A stretch of DNA of 64,000 nucleotides from Klebsiella phage vB_KpM_FBKp34, in sequence record MW394390.1, one strand, 5' to 3'. How positions within the stretch are numbered: the stretch's first letter is position 1; each line of letters begins with the position of its first letter. Both the position numbers and the translations under genes were made by a program. The notes under the pieces were generated by a model. The model was given only the letters and a program-made list of their open reading frames with translations, did not search any database and was not told the origin of the DNA. Positions 27,361-37,396 of the stretch are shown here, one piece after another.

Positions 27361-27751
27361 TTGTCAGACCCTCACGCAGATGTTTTGCAAAATTAATCGC
27401 ATGATGTTTAGCACCGCTATTATAGAGTGAGATGTACTTTGCAAACTCCTCTACCCCATCAGCCTTAATCCCGGCTAGGATCCGATCGGTGGCGGGGGTT
27501 TCGATGTCGCACATGAACTCAATAGCTTCGTAGCCATCACAGTTATTAAACTCCCACGATGATGAGTAGAATTCGATGCCGGGCCAGATAGCTAATTTAT
27601 CTATCTTCTCCTTCAGCGCCATATTCTCCGCAGCCAACTGTCGCAGATGGTCCTGCAAATCTATACCCTTCGGACAGTTGACAATTTCACGACACTTATC
27701 GATAGTTGCTACTAACTCATTATTCACTTCAATTAATATTTCATTACTCAT
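27350..27751 (-). CDS. hypothetical protein
   Basis: 133-aa ORF. Confidence 0.45.
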   Translation of the reverse strand: MSNEILIEVNNELVATIDKCREIVNCPKGIDLQDHLRQLAAENMALKEKIDKLAIWPGIEFYSSSWEFNNCDGYEAIEFMCDIETPATDRILAGIKADGVEEFAKYISLYNSGAKHHAINFAKHLREGLTNEF

Positions 27752-27997
27752 TTAATTCACCTTAAGATTTATCATTGACCCAACAGAAATTTCAATATTA
27801 TTAGATTTTCCTGCTATAGAAAATTGAACCTTTCCTGTCTGTCTATAAACGACTACACTTTCAACAATCCCTCCATAGCGGAGGGTATCCCCAATTGCCA
27901 AATCTTCTGCATAAACCATAATACAATCTTTATACACAGATTCATAGTAGGCTCTACCTAGCTTTTGTGGCCTTGGGTATGGGGGAATTAATCGCAT
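27752..27997 (-). CDS. hypothetical protein
   Basis: 81-aa ORF. Confidence 0.4.
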   Translation of the reverse strand: MRLIPPYPRPQKLGRAYYESVYKDCIMVYAEDLAIGDTLRYGGIVESVVVYRQTGKVQFSIAGKSNNIEISVGSMINLKVN

Positions 27998-28000
27998 TTT

Positions 28001-29545
28001 TTATTGCTCCTCAGTAACAAAAAATTGGTCAATACTTTCGCTATCTCCTACACCAAAATGTGCAATTTTATAAGGGATAGGAATTCCTTTTAACAGGAAC
28101 TTTTCTTCAACAACACTGTTTGGTTTCAGGACTTTACGTGCACGAGTACAAGCTACATAAAGTAGGTTATCTTCTTCTTGGTCAACTTTCTGAAGTTTAC
28201 CTTTACTGTCATAACAAGACTTAAAATCATCTGCAAGGACAACCTGATCCCATTCAAGACCCTTCGCTTTATGGCTAGTTGTCAAAATAACATCAGCAGT
28301 CGCTTCACTCTTTTCACTAAAGTTTAAATTGTTAATAACTTCTTGAGCACGACCTTCCTGGACAATTTTAACGAGCTTACCCATACTTGGATCAGATTGT
28401 GCTTCATTGACTAAATCTCCCCATGTGGCATACGGTACAATAAGCTCATGTTTAACCTTCTTAATTTGTTTATTGTGAAGATGTAGAGCAGATTCGAGCA
28501 TAGAGACAAAGTCCCTTACATCAATATTCAGGAAGATTTTCTCACCTCTTGCAATCATCTCAAGTGCTTCAAAAATTAAGGTCACATTCTTACGATAAAG
28601 GACAGTATAAGGCTTATTAGGATCAATCTCACCAACAATTGACTTAATAGATTCCAGTCCTGTTACCTCTTCATCAATAATCAATTTTGCTACATCTGCA
28701 ATATCTTTACCAAATCGGAATGATTGAGTTAATTTAACTTCTGGTGCACTGATTTTCTCCATAGCGTTAACTGATCCACGCCAACCGTAAATTGCCTGGT
28801 GTTTATCACCAACATAGACTATTTTAGGTTTAATATTAGAGAAAAGTGAAATCATTACATCACTAGTATCCTGTGCTTCGTCAATCAGAACACAGTCATA
28901 AGTTTCAAACTTAGGTTTACTCATCTGATACAGTTTTAGATAAGTATCGTGTGTGCAAAGGATTCGTTCCTCTTTGTCACAACGATCTTCCCAAAGTTTT
29001 TTAGCAACACTCAAAATTTCCTTTTTAACTTTAGATTCTTTAAGAGCAAATCGACGCTTAATATCATCCATATGAAATTTAGGTATATGGGATTCTGCAA
29101 TTTTATCTTTGTCTGACCTTTCAAACGTGTTAACTGTATCTTTTACAATTAAGCCAAGATAATTTTTAGTCAAGACCGCCCCATTATGGTCTTTCATATC
29201 AAAAATACCGTAATGTTGTGCAATCTCAGATCCTGTCCCAGCCATATTAATATAACGACCAGTTGGGCGAGTCAATTTATGAGCATAGTGCTTACCAATG
29301 TTACGATATGCCAGTGAATGAATGGTCATAACATGCACGTTATCTGGGAACTTCTTGGCTGCATCGTTTGCCATACTCTTATTAAAAGCTACATATAAGA
29401 AAGTCAACTCAGGATGAGATTCAGCAATAAATTTAAGTGTTGAGGTCTTACCTGTACCTGCCTTTGCTGAAATCTTTAGAATCTGTTCAATTTCAAAAAC
29501 ATTTAAAGATTCTTTTTGCTCTTTTGTAGGTGAAAATTTGGTCAC
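28001..29545 (-). CDS. UvrD/Rep-like superfamily 1 DNA helicase
   Basis: Walker A AKAGTGKTSTL, TIHSLAYR, VLIDEAQD, GDKHQAIYGWRG, TSHKAKGLEWD. Confidence 0.8.
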   Translation of the reverse strand: MTKFSPTKEQKESLNVFEIEQILKISAKAGTGKTSTLKFIAESHPELTFLYVAFNKSMANDAAKKFPDNVHVMTIHSLAYRNIGKHYAHKLTRPTGRYINMAGTGSEIAQHYGIFDMKDHNGAVLTKNYLGLIVKDTVNTFERSDKDKIAESHIPKFHMDDIKRRFALKESKVKKEILSVAKKLWEDRCDKEERILCTHDTYLKLYQMSKPKFETYDCVLIDEAQDTSDVMISLFSNIKPKIVYVGDKHQAIYGWRGSVNAMEKISAPEVKLTQSFRFGKDIADVAKLIIDEEVTGLESIKSIVGEIDPNKPYTVLYRKNVTLIFEALEMIARGEKIFLNIDVRDFVSMLESALHLHNKQIKKVKHELIVPYATWGDLVNEAQSDPSMGKLVKIVQEGRAQEVINNLNFSEKSEATADVILTTSHKAKGLEWDQVVLADDFKSCYDSKGKLQKVDQEEDNLLYVACTRARKVLKPNSVVEEKFLLKGIPIPYKIAHFGVGDSESIDQFFVTEEQ

Positions 29546-29949
29546 AGATACTCCTTAGTCATATTGTATACTTCTGTTTCCAAGTCAGAATATTTAAGCT
29601 TCCAACCTACATAATATTTTTGAAGTAATTGATCTTTTTTGAAGAGGTTGTCTAATGCTTTAATAGCATACTTGGCATCTTCAAGAAATTTATCTTTAAC
29701 CTTTTGAAGATATTCTTTCTTCATTCCCTCAAAACCAAGAATATAAGCTACTTCAAGTTCTCGATATGATTGAGAAAGATCTGATAATGGATTCTTCTCT
29801 CCTTCAGGGAAGCAAAACCGATAAACTTCTTCACAAAGATCCTGGATTCTTTTCTCTGATTTGGCCTCTTTTCCATACTTTTCAAAGAAGATCTCAGCAG
29901 GAGGGTATGTTTTTACATTTTTAATCCAAGTTTCAATGATTTTATTCAT
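29542..29949 (-). CDS. hypothetical protein
   Basis: 135-aa ORF. Confidence 0.45.
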   Translation of the reverse strand: MNKIIETWIKNVKTYPPAEIFFEKYGKEAKSEKRIQDLCEEVYRFCFPEGEKNPLSDLSQSYRELEVAYILGFEGMKKEYLQKVKDKFLEDAKYAIKALDNLFKKDQLLQKYYVGWKLKYSDLETEVYNMTKEYL

Positions 29950-30263
29950 TTATTTGTTACCTTTTTCCAAGCTTCATGGGCTGCACAGGCTAAAACTTCA
30001 CTATCTGGTAGGTTAAAATTACCTTCATCTCGCCTAGCGATCATATCATTAAATTCATAATCAGTATTAAGTACCATATCTAACACAGTAAAATTCATCA
30101 TTGTCATAAGATAATCTTTAAACTGAATTGGATCAACACCATTTTCATATGCATCAAGGATCATGTCAGCTAAGATGTTATTAAAATTTTTACATTTAAT
30201 GATATTATCAGCATAAGAAACGAATTCTTGTGTATTATGACCAGTGAAAGTTTTAGTTATCAT
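29946..30263 (-). CDS. hypothetical protein
   Basis: 105-aa ORF. Confidence 0.45.
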   Translation of the reverse strand: MITKTFTGHNTQEFVSYADNIIKCKNFNNILADMILDAYENGVDPIQFKDYLMTMMNFTVLDMVLNTDYEFNDMIARRDEGNFNLPDSEVLACAAHEAWKKVTNK

Positions 30264-30378
30264 TTTAAAGCTCCTATGAGAGATTATGAGACGTTTTATT
30301 TTTAAGCTATAGGGTAACTCATTTTTAGATATTAAACACCTCAGATTTGATTCTAGACGTGTTATTTTGCATTCTAAT

Positions 30379-30888
30379 TTATAACCCTGGGATAGCTTTC
30401 TTGATTTTCTCTGCTACAGCCTGATCGATGATTGAAGCAAAGCTCTGGTTAACACGATCAACAATGATTTTCTCAATACGTTGAGTAGCAGCTTCGATTT
30501 TGTATTCAATATCTTTCATTGCTCTATCAGTAGCGGTTTTAATTACATCACTGATAACAGCGTCAATAGTTGCACGTGCTTCACGATCTGCTGCTTCTTG
30601 CATACGTCCTTTAAAAACATTTGACACATTATAATAAACAGAGCCATAACCACGGGATTCGAACCAAGTATCGACTTCTTTCTTGACAATGTCTGATACA
30701 TCAGGAACAACTAGCCCATAAGCATTGATTTCCTCTTGAATCAGTTTACGAACTTTGTTGCCAGTATCCTTAATGATAAGGTCTTTAGCAATATTTGAAA
30801 TAACTGATTGTTGCAAATCTACATAAGCTTGAGTCCCTTCTGGGAACAATTGACGAACTGCATATGTATCTAATTTAATACTCACCAT
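30379..30888 (-). CDS. hypothetical protein
   Basis: internal Met start avoids 52-nt overlap. Confidence 0.45.
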   Translation of the reverse strand: MVSIKLDTYAVRQLFPEGTQAYVDLQQSVISNIAKDLIIKDTGNKVRKLIQEEINAYGLVVPDVSDIVKKEVDTWFESRGYGSVYYNVSNVFKGRMQEAADREARATIDAVISDVIKTATDRAMKDIEYKIEAATQRIEKIIVDRVNQSFASIIDQAVAEKIKKAIPGL

Positions 30889-30898
30889 AGTAAATACC

Positions 30899-32182
30899 TC
30901 ACTTAATCTTAGTTGTACAATGAACATGCCACTTTTCAAAGAAACTGTCAAGCATGATTTGATTGACTTCTCTTACATGTTCTTCCATGCAGACAACACT
31001 ATCATGAATTGGTAGAACAGGCAACTCGTTTTCTACACATTTTCTTAAAATCTCTGCCATAACCTCGGATTCTTGTTTCATCAACGTCATAGAGAAGCCA
31101 GGGACATAGAATAAATCAGAGATCTCATGGTGGATCATTTCCAGAGCAAGGAGGATATTGCTATAGAAGGTATGACCTTTCCCATACTTATAACTCAAAG
31201 ATTCCTCGTTTGCAAGTGCTTTGATAGCAGAAGTATGAGATTTACAATTGATCATCATCATCATGACAAAGGTTTTAAGATCTTTTCTGGTGAGACTACA
31301 ACCATTGAAGTCCACTTCATCCAAGTTAATATTTGCCATAACCTTTTGAGGATCATAAGGATCTGAATCAGTGATCTGAAGACCTTTCATAGCATACATA
31401 ATGGTGATGTGGCTAGCCTGAAAGTCAATCTCTTTAGTAGGATTTAAATCAAACGTTATATCCTGCCGTTGTTCAGAAGGAATAATCTGGAATTCACCAT
31501 GCCATCTTGCATAGTAATCCATAGAGTCCAGAAAGAGACGATAAATGTCACTGTTGATAGGGACACCATTGAGTTCAACATTCCATTGTTCCATCATCTG
31601 GTTATACTCACGAGTCAATTTTATCATTTCAATGACTTCATCTGTTTCCTTAAAGATCATATATTCTCCTGTTTTTCTGTTTCTCATCCTAACTAAATTC
31701 TTTTCTAGAAGGATCTCTACAAGGTCATATTCTCCAACTTCTCTTTTGAACTTATCAGTGAAAAGTACATAACCAGGTTTGTATCCATGTACACCTAAAC
31801 TCCCACCTGGGGCTGAAGTTAGGTATCCTAGGTTTTTCATCTTGTCCAAGAATCTTCTGGATCCATCATAATAAATTTTAGTTTTATGTTTAGTTCCATT
31901 CAGTACATAATAACTCTTAAAATTATTTTTATTAGAAGAAAAAACTATACCTTCATAACCTTTGTAACAATAAGAATAAACTAGATTATAAAGTAAAGTT
32001 CTGTAACACTCAATCTCTTTCTGCTTAGTAGTATGATCTGTAATTAACTCTAAGATATTTTCTACAATATCATGACACCCATCTTTTCTTCCTCTGAAGA
32101 TTATAGGGTACATCTGACCAATTCTTTTATTATCTAATCTTAGGATCCTTTCATAAGATGTTTCATATTTTATCTTACTCAT
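30899..32182 (-). CDS. large hypothetical protein (427 aa)
   Basis: long ORF; PVLPIHDSVV acidic motif, function unclear. Confidence 0.5.
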   Translation of the reverse strand: MSKIKYETSYERILRLDNKRIGQMYPIIFRGRKDGCHDIVENILELITDHTTKQKEIECYRTLLYNLVYSYCYKGYEGIVFSSNKNNFKSYYVLNGTKHKTKIYYDGSRRFLDKMKNLGYLTSAPGGSLGVHGYKPGYVLFTDKFKREVGEYDLVEILLEKNLVRMRNRKTGEYMIFKETDEVIEMIKLTREYNQMMEQWNVELNGVPINSDIYRLFLDSMDYYARWHGEFQIIPSEQRQDITFDLNPTKEIDFQASHITIMYAMKGLQITDSDPYDPQKVMANINLDEVDFNGCSLTRKDLKTFVMMMMINCKSHTSAIKALANEESLSYKYGKGHTFYSNILLALEMIHHEISDLFYVPGFSMTLMKQESEVMAEILRKCVENELPVLPIHDSVVCMEEHVREVNQIMLDSFFEKWHVHCTTKIK

Positions 32183-32377
32183 CTAACTCCTTACTTAATA
32201 TTAATATGATTAATTATAATTATTATAATTTCTGGGAGGGTACTATACTCCATCCTAATACTGTTTTGCTTCCAGGCCAGATATACCAAGGCTTGCAGCC
32301 AGATCAGAGTTCATGACTTTTATAGTGTCTGTAAAAGACAAAACACACAACATATAGGTATAGTGGTTACTAACTTT

Positions 32378-32614
32378 TTAATCAAGATTTTTACCTTCAA
32401 CAGTCACACTACGATCATTTTTAGAAACATAGTAATCCGCAGTTCTATAATTCCATAACTCTAAAGCAGATTGAGGTTTGTAATCACCCTCAACTTCAGC
32501 ACAGCAACCTAAACAGCTTACCCGATCAGTTATCTTAGTTTCTTTGTTACCTTTTGTCCAGTGTGCTCTTTCACCACAAAACGGGCAACCTTTTAAGATT
32601 AATATTTTTGCCAT
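32378..32614 (-). CDS. lar: Lar-family restriction alleviation protein (second copy)
   Basis: LKGCPFCGE ... ELWNYR. Confidence 0.7.
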   Translation of the reverse strand: MAKILILKGCPFCGERAHWTKGNKETKITDRVSCLGCCAEVEGDYKPQSALELWNYRTADYYVSKNDRSVTVEGKNLD

Positions 32615-32751
32615 AATATACCCTAAAATCGTGAATCAAATTTAAGACACCTAGAAACGATTCTGAGAGGTTTTAGTTTAAAGTAACCCATACGGATATC
32701 TTCTCTCTAAAAACCTCTCATATTGCTTTCTAGACCGCTAATTTTTGATTA

Positions 32752-34104
32752 TCAAAACATTGGTCCGGTTACACTGACGGGTTCAACAGCACTCCCTTCA
32801 TTTTCTTCAGGCAAATCTTCCAAATCCAGTTCTTCATTTCGACAATGATTCTCTGAGACTTTGATATTAAATTTACTACTAATATCTACAGTAGACAGGT
32901 CAGGAGATTTGACATAAGGCTCATTAACAACACTCAGAACTTTAACCTTAGTGAAACGAAGTTCATTAGATCTGTGAGCCGTGCGATCTTTAATTTCTGC
33001 AAGACACATCAACATAACAACGCCTTCACGATTTGCAAAGTAGTGGTCTTTAATATCTGTATCCTTGCAGAAGAATAAGCCAGATTGCTCATCTACGGCA
33101 TCTTTACCAAGTTCGTATAAGAAAGAATCTCGGTGAATAGATTTAAAGATATTTGGATTCTCTGTTTTATGCACCCATTTATAAAACATTCCACTAGTAG
33201 GCTCTTCTGGGTTTACATTTTCAAAGACTTCATTTTGAGGTGCAAACAGCAAAGCAATATTTAGTGGAACGGATTGACGAGCATATTCAGACCTGTAATG
33301 AGCTACATCTCCATCTCGATACCAACCACCATCTAATGGATTATCAGAGTGAATAAGACGAGCAAGCTGATGAACAGCAAGTGTAGGTTCATTTGGCTTT
33401 GAAATAACTTTGTTAATTTCTGGTTTACTTCCTTCAGAAGATTCATTTAAGACCTTCAGACCTTTTTCAAGATCAAAATCTTTATCATCCAGCTTGGAAA
33501 GCGCTGCCAAAGCACTGTTACCATAGAAACCACCAACCTGCTCAATAAACTGACGAGGTGTTTTAATTTCAAGCTGTGAAACAGTTAAAAGAAGTTTAAT
33601 CATTTCACTACGAGAAATTTGATAACCACGCTCTTTAAATTTATTTACTCGCAAAGCACTAACCAAAGGATATGCTGTATTTTTATTAAAACTCAGACGG
33701 CGCTGTGATAAATCACTAAAGAAGTCAGGATGATATTCTAGCTTTTCAGTTTTGAAATCATATCCACACATAGAGATTGTGAAGTCAAAAGTGTTGAAAA
33801 CATCCTGAAGATCTTCAAAATACTTAAAATAGATTAATTGAATTGGTACACTTCCACCAATCAACGTCACAGATTTATCAGTAATAGAGATACAAAAACG
33901 CTTGTCGCCGTACTCCGAAATATAATTCAGAAAGCGAACAAGATCAGCTTTAGATCGAAAATAGCAATCAACATCATTTACTTCTTTCTTGGTAAAAAGG
34001 GAAGTAAAAACTCCGCCTGCAATCATCATATTACACTCTTTGAAAAGAGCTTTTTCATATTTAAATGTATTAAGTACAGTCTCAATAACAAATTCTTTAC
34101 TCAT
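32752..34104 (-). CDS. pol-beta superfamily nucleotidyltransferase (CCA-adding/poly(A) polymerase head-like)
   Basis: IAGGVFTSLFTKKEVNDVDCYF (GG-x-DxD) and later FDFTISMCGYD resembling the RDFTINA motif. Confidence 0.45.
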   Translation of the reverse strand: MSKEFVIETVLNTFKYEKALFKECNMMIAGGVFTSLFTKKEVNDVDCYFRSKADLVRFLNYISEYGDKRFCISITDKSVTLIGGSVPIQLIYFKYFEDLQDVFNTFDFTISMCGYDFKTEKLEYHPDFFSDLSQRRLSFNKNTAYPLVSALRVNKFKERGYQISRSEMIKLLLTVSQLEIKTPRQFIEQVGGFYGNSALAALSKLDDKDFDLEKGLKVLNESSEGSKPEINKVISKPNEPTLAVHQLARLIHSDNPLDGGWYRDGDVAHYRSEYARQSVPLNIALLFAPQNEVFENVNPEEPTSGMFYKWVHKTENPNIFKSIHRDSFLYELGKDAVDEQSGLFFCKDTDIKDHYFANREGVVMLMCLAEIKDRTAHRSNELRFTKVKVLSVVNEPYVKSPDLSTVDISSKFNIKVSENHCRNEELDLEDLPEENEGSAVEPVSVTGPMF

Positions 34105-34116
34105 TTAATTCTCCTG

Positions 34117-34437
34117 TTAAGATAAAACACACATTGATTTTTTAAAAAGGTATTGCGAATGACGGTCTCCACAACCATTATCACCATCTACAACTAAGTA
34201 TTTCTCAGATTCATATACAATCCAATTAACTTCCACACTATAAGTATTCCCTTCTCGCCATTCAAGATCCTCTATACTGGCATCTTCATTCCAAGCAATA
34301 GAGTACTGATCTTGTTCATAAGGATATTTAGTTAAATCTATTAATCCAATATGTAAATCAGGGTACTGACCTTGACTAAATTCCTCAAGTACCCCATTTA
34401 ACTCAATAATTTTCTCAATAACTTTATCTGCTTCCAT
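34117..34437 (-). CDS. hypothetical protein
   Basis: 106-aa ORF. Confidence 0.45.
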   Translation of the reverse strand: MEADKVIEKIIELNGVLEEFSQGQYPDLHIGLIDLTKYPYEQDQYSIAWNEDASIEDLEWREGNTYSVEVNWIVYESEKYLVVDGDNGCGDRHSQYLFKKSMCVLS

Positions 34438-34443
34438 AATTCC

Positions 34444-34692
34444 TCACTTATTGTTTTTGAATAAAACATCTACAGCATGTTGAATTTTATTCCATGTTTC
34501 AAGATCAAAAGAGATCTCACCATTACTTACATAGTCTTTTAAGTTTTCATTAAATTCTTCATATGAAAGGACGACAACATCAGGAAAATCTGGAGAAGTT
34601 TTAACTGAATAACGCCAGGCATCAAAATGTGGACTATCATAGATGTGTGCAGAGAAGTCAATGGTATTCTCTTGAATATTTTCTTTAGTCAA
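34444..34692 (-). CDS. hypothetical protein
   Basis: 82-aa ORF. Confidence 0.45.
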   Translation of the reverse strand: MTKENIQENTIDFSAHIYDSPHFDAWRYSVKTSPDFPDVVVLSYEEFNENLKDYVSNGEISFDLETWNKIQHAVDVLFKNNK

Positions 34693-34700
34693 ATTTCCTC

Positions 34701-34895
34701 CTAATCCTTGCTCAATGTAATTTTAGTCTCAATAGACAAACCTTGTGTAGTATGCTCAATTTGCTCTAAGATAGCAATTGCTGAATCTAAACCACGCATT
34801 GCATTATGATATTTGTTTTCATAATAGGTTCCAGCTAAAGCATCTGAACGTTTTTTCTTAATATAATCAAGTGTCTCTTTGCTAACAATACTCAT
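34701..34895 (-). CDS. hypothetical protein
   Basis: 64-aa ORF. Confidence 0.4.
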   Translation of the reverse strand: MSIVSKETLDYIKKKRSDALAGTYYENKYHNAMRGLDSAIAILEQIEHTTQGLSIETKITLSKD

Positions 34896-35089
34896 TTTAT
34901 CTCCTTAACTTCTAATTTGACGGGCTTACCTTCAATATAAAAACAATCATATGAAGCTTTATCTCCTTGAGTAGTAGGCCAATGCAAAGCTACATAACAT
35001 TCTGCAGGAGTTTTATAAATTTGTGCTTGGTCTATTTCTTGCTTACCATTCAAAGTAGCAACTACAACCCAACCAGATAAAGTTATCAT
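34892..35089 (-). CDS. hypothetical protein
   Basis: 65-aa ORF. Confidence 0.4.
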   Translation of the reverse strand: MITLSGWVVVATLNGKQEIDQAQIYKTPAECYVALHWPTTQGDKASYDCFYIEGKPVKLEVKEIK

Positions 35090-35328
35090 ACTTTAGCCAC
35101 CCAGCCTTTTTCAATTAAGATTTCAAAGATTGGCATATGTTCATTGTATTCTAAAATATCACCAACAGAATATGCACCTAAGCAGGATAAAGCAGCACCG
35201 TAATTTTCAAATGCACGGATATCAGTAATACGTAATTTCATTATTTCCCCTCATTCATAAGCTTTTGTTTAGCAAGGATTAAATCCATTGCTGTGTAAGG
35301 TTTATTCGTCCCATGATACTCTAAAGGT

Positions 35329-35550
35329 TTAATCATCCCATTTTTCCTTATAACTATAGCCAATTAATTCACCGTGTTGCCTAAGTGAAGAAATGTCAAT
35401 AGGGAAAATATTTCGTGTTTTAAGATTTTCCATATCAACTGTATATCTAAAAACTTGAATAACTACACAGTGAGCATACACTACGGAATCACCTAGCTTA
35501 TATGGTAGTTTTACAATCATTCCCGGACAAACAAAAGTATTTTGATTCAT
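35329..35550 (-). CDS. hypothetical protein
   Basis: 73-aa ORF. Confidence 0.4.
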   Translation of the reverse strand: MNQNTFVCPGMIVKLPYKLGDSVVYAHCVVIQVFRYTVDMENLKTRNIFPIDISSLRQHGELIGYSYKEKWDD

Positions 35551-35918
35551 TATTTTCTACTCTTCAACTTATGAACGATGTCTAAATCCCCTTTAGAAAG
35601 ATAATACACACCAAAACGAGTGTCAATATAAAATTGACGTTTAGTGTGGTCCATGCAAAGTTTTGCTTCTTGTTTGCATAAGACTTCTTTGTAAGGTGTA
35701 CCTTGACCACCATCCCTGAAGAAAGAAACAGTAAGGATTTGTTCATCATCTTCATTCATAAAGAAACTATCAATTTTGACAAATTTCCCAGAAGTAACAC
35801 CAGGGAATAATTCATTTAAACTATAACGCCCATCTGGGTTAATGGAATCAAACTCTTGTTTAATCAGATCTTTATCTTGTACAATCTGAACTTTAATTGG
35901 TACATAGTAACCATTCAT
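35550..35918 (-). CDS. hypothetical protein
   Basis: 122-aa ORF. Confidence 0.45.
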   Translation of the reverse strand: MNGYYVPIKVQIVQDKDLIKQEFDSINPDGRYSLNELFPGVTSGKFVKIDSFFMNEDDEQILTVSFFRDGGQGTPYKEVLCKQEAKLCMDHTKRQFYIDTRFGVYYLSKGDLDIVHKLKSRK

Positions 35919-35945
35919 AATAAACTCCTGAAATTTAAATAAAAA

Positions 35946-36413
35946 TCAATCTTCGTGAATAGATTTTAATTTATCTAAGATTGTGTTGACGTCATCTAAA
36001 GTTTCAGCTTCTTGGAGACGACGAGTCAGAGTATTAATTAAACCCTTAATCACAGCAGGATTTGTTTTAGGTTTACGTTCTAAAAGTAGTTCCATTTCTT
36101 TTTGATGATTGCTTATCAATGTAGCTTGTTCTTGTTGCCAAGCTTCTTCATCCATAGCACCTTTACATACACAAGTATAACCGTAAACCTGATAATCACC
36201 TTCTTCAATATAAGGTTGTAAAGGTAAACCTTCATGACCACAATATGCACAAATTGGAGCACCTGAGCTAAAGACCATCTTAGTTGGTTGTGCGTTACAT
36301 TCAGGACTCCAATACATCCTATAACTACTGCCATTTTCACCATGAAAACTACCTACAAAACTTTTACGAAAACGATTGTAGGAACGTTCATCTGCATAAC
36401 TTGGGATAGCCAT
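35946..36413 (-). CDS. putative zinc-binding protein
   Basis: CAYCGH ... CVCKG; start at MAIPSY. Confidence 0.45.
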   Translation of the reverse strand: MAIPSYADERSYNRFRKSFVGSFHGENGSSYRMYWSPECNAQPTKMVFSSGAPICAYCGHEGLPLQPYIEEGDYQVYGYTCVCKGAMDEEAWQQEQATLISNHQKEMELLLERKPKTNPAVIKGLINTLTRRLQEAETLDDVNTILDKLKSIHED

Positions 36414-36570
36414 TTTAGTTTCCTTATAGACTATAAACAACAGATTTAATATCTTGAACGTTTAACTCAGTCAAAGAGATAAAACGTTCAATAGCTAAAC
36501 AGATATTTGATGCTGAAATTCTCAATGAAGTGCCATTGAAAGCAGTAATGTTATACATAATCTTTTCTCC

Positions 36571-36858
36571 TCAGAATGCAAGTACACGTTTGATGTCTTT
36601 TGGTGCATTTTCGAACAACTCAATTACAAAGTCAAGCATTTTTATTAGATCATTCGTCACACTATACTCTTTGTAAGACCTCAAGCATGTTTTCTGTTCA
36701 CCAACTTGATGCAAAACCTTGATTGGTGCATCCAGGCGGATGTTACGGTCTTCGTCCTCCTCAAAAGAAGCTAACCACTTTTCATTGTCACCATGGACAG
36801 CAATTATGATCCCATAACCGTCAACAGTTTCTGAAATGTTTTTAGTTGCCTTTATCAT
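36571..36858 (-). CDS. hypothetical protein
   Basis: 95-aa ORF. Confidence 0.45.
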   Translation of the reverse strand: MIKATKNISETVDGYGIIIAVHGDNEKWLASFEEDEDRNIRLDAPIKVLHQVGEQKTCLRSYKEYSVTNDLIKMLDFVIELFENAPKDIKRVLAF

Positions 36859-37396
36859 TCAAGAGTTCCTCAATGTGACTAACACGATGTTCATAATAAT
36901 CCCCAAGAGAAAAGTAAGCTGCTGGGCTATGCAAAACATCCCATTCAAGCATCATCTCAATAGTTTTGTACATCTTAAGATACTTTTGCATTCTTGCAAA
37001 GTCTTTTTCTCGCAAACCTTTTAAACGACGAATATCTGTGTTGTGACGAAGATCAGCCAGCTTCACACGACACGTATCAGAAGAATACAAAATGCCTGAA
37101 AGGTACTCATTATGAGATTGACCTGCTTTCTTGGTTAAACGATTGATGCCATCCACTACCCGCTCTGAAAAACCGTAGGCAGCAAGTTCGATAAAAGTCA
37201 CATCACAATCTTCAACCAAATCATGACCGACAGCAATGCAGTTAAGTTCATCATCATCCGATTTGAGATAGTGCATAACCTTTAGTACATGCAAAATGTA
37301 AGGTCTTCCACCTTTATCAAATTGATCTTTATGGCCTTCTGCTGCTAACTTAATCATAAGGGAGAGTTGTTGTGCTGGAGTAAGTTCAAATTTCAT
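36842..37396 (-). CDS. HD-domain small alarmone hydrolase (RelA/SpoT-type (p)ppGpp hydrolase domain)
   Basis: HKDQ...RPYILHVLKV...AVGHDLVED...YGFSERVVDGINRLTK...VKLADLRHNT closely tracks SpoT/Mesh1 HD motifs. Confidence 0.7.
   Translation of the reverse strand: MKFELTPAQQLSLMIKLAAEGHKDQFDKGGRPYILHVLKVMHYLKSDDDELNCIAVGHDLVEDCDVTFIELAAYGFSERVVDGINRLTKKAGQSHNEYLSGILYSSDTCRVKLADLRHNTDIRRLKGLREKDFARMQKYLKMYKTIEMMLEWDVLHSPAAYFSLGDYYEHRVSHIEELLNDKGN

Noticed and set aside
30640-30670. GGTTCGAATCCC (tRNA T-loop-like) on the minus strand
   Set aside because: The flanking sequence cannot form a T-stem or acceptor stem, and it lies inside a well-supported CDS (30379..30888), so it is coincidental.
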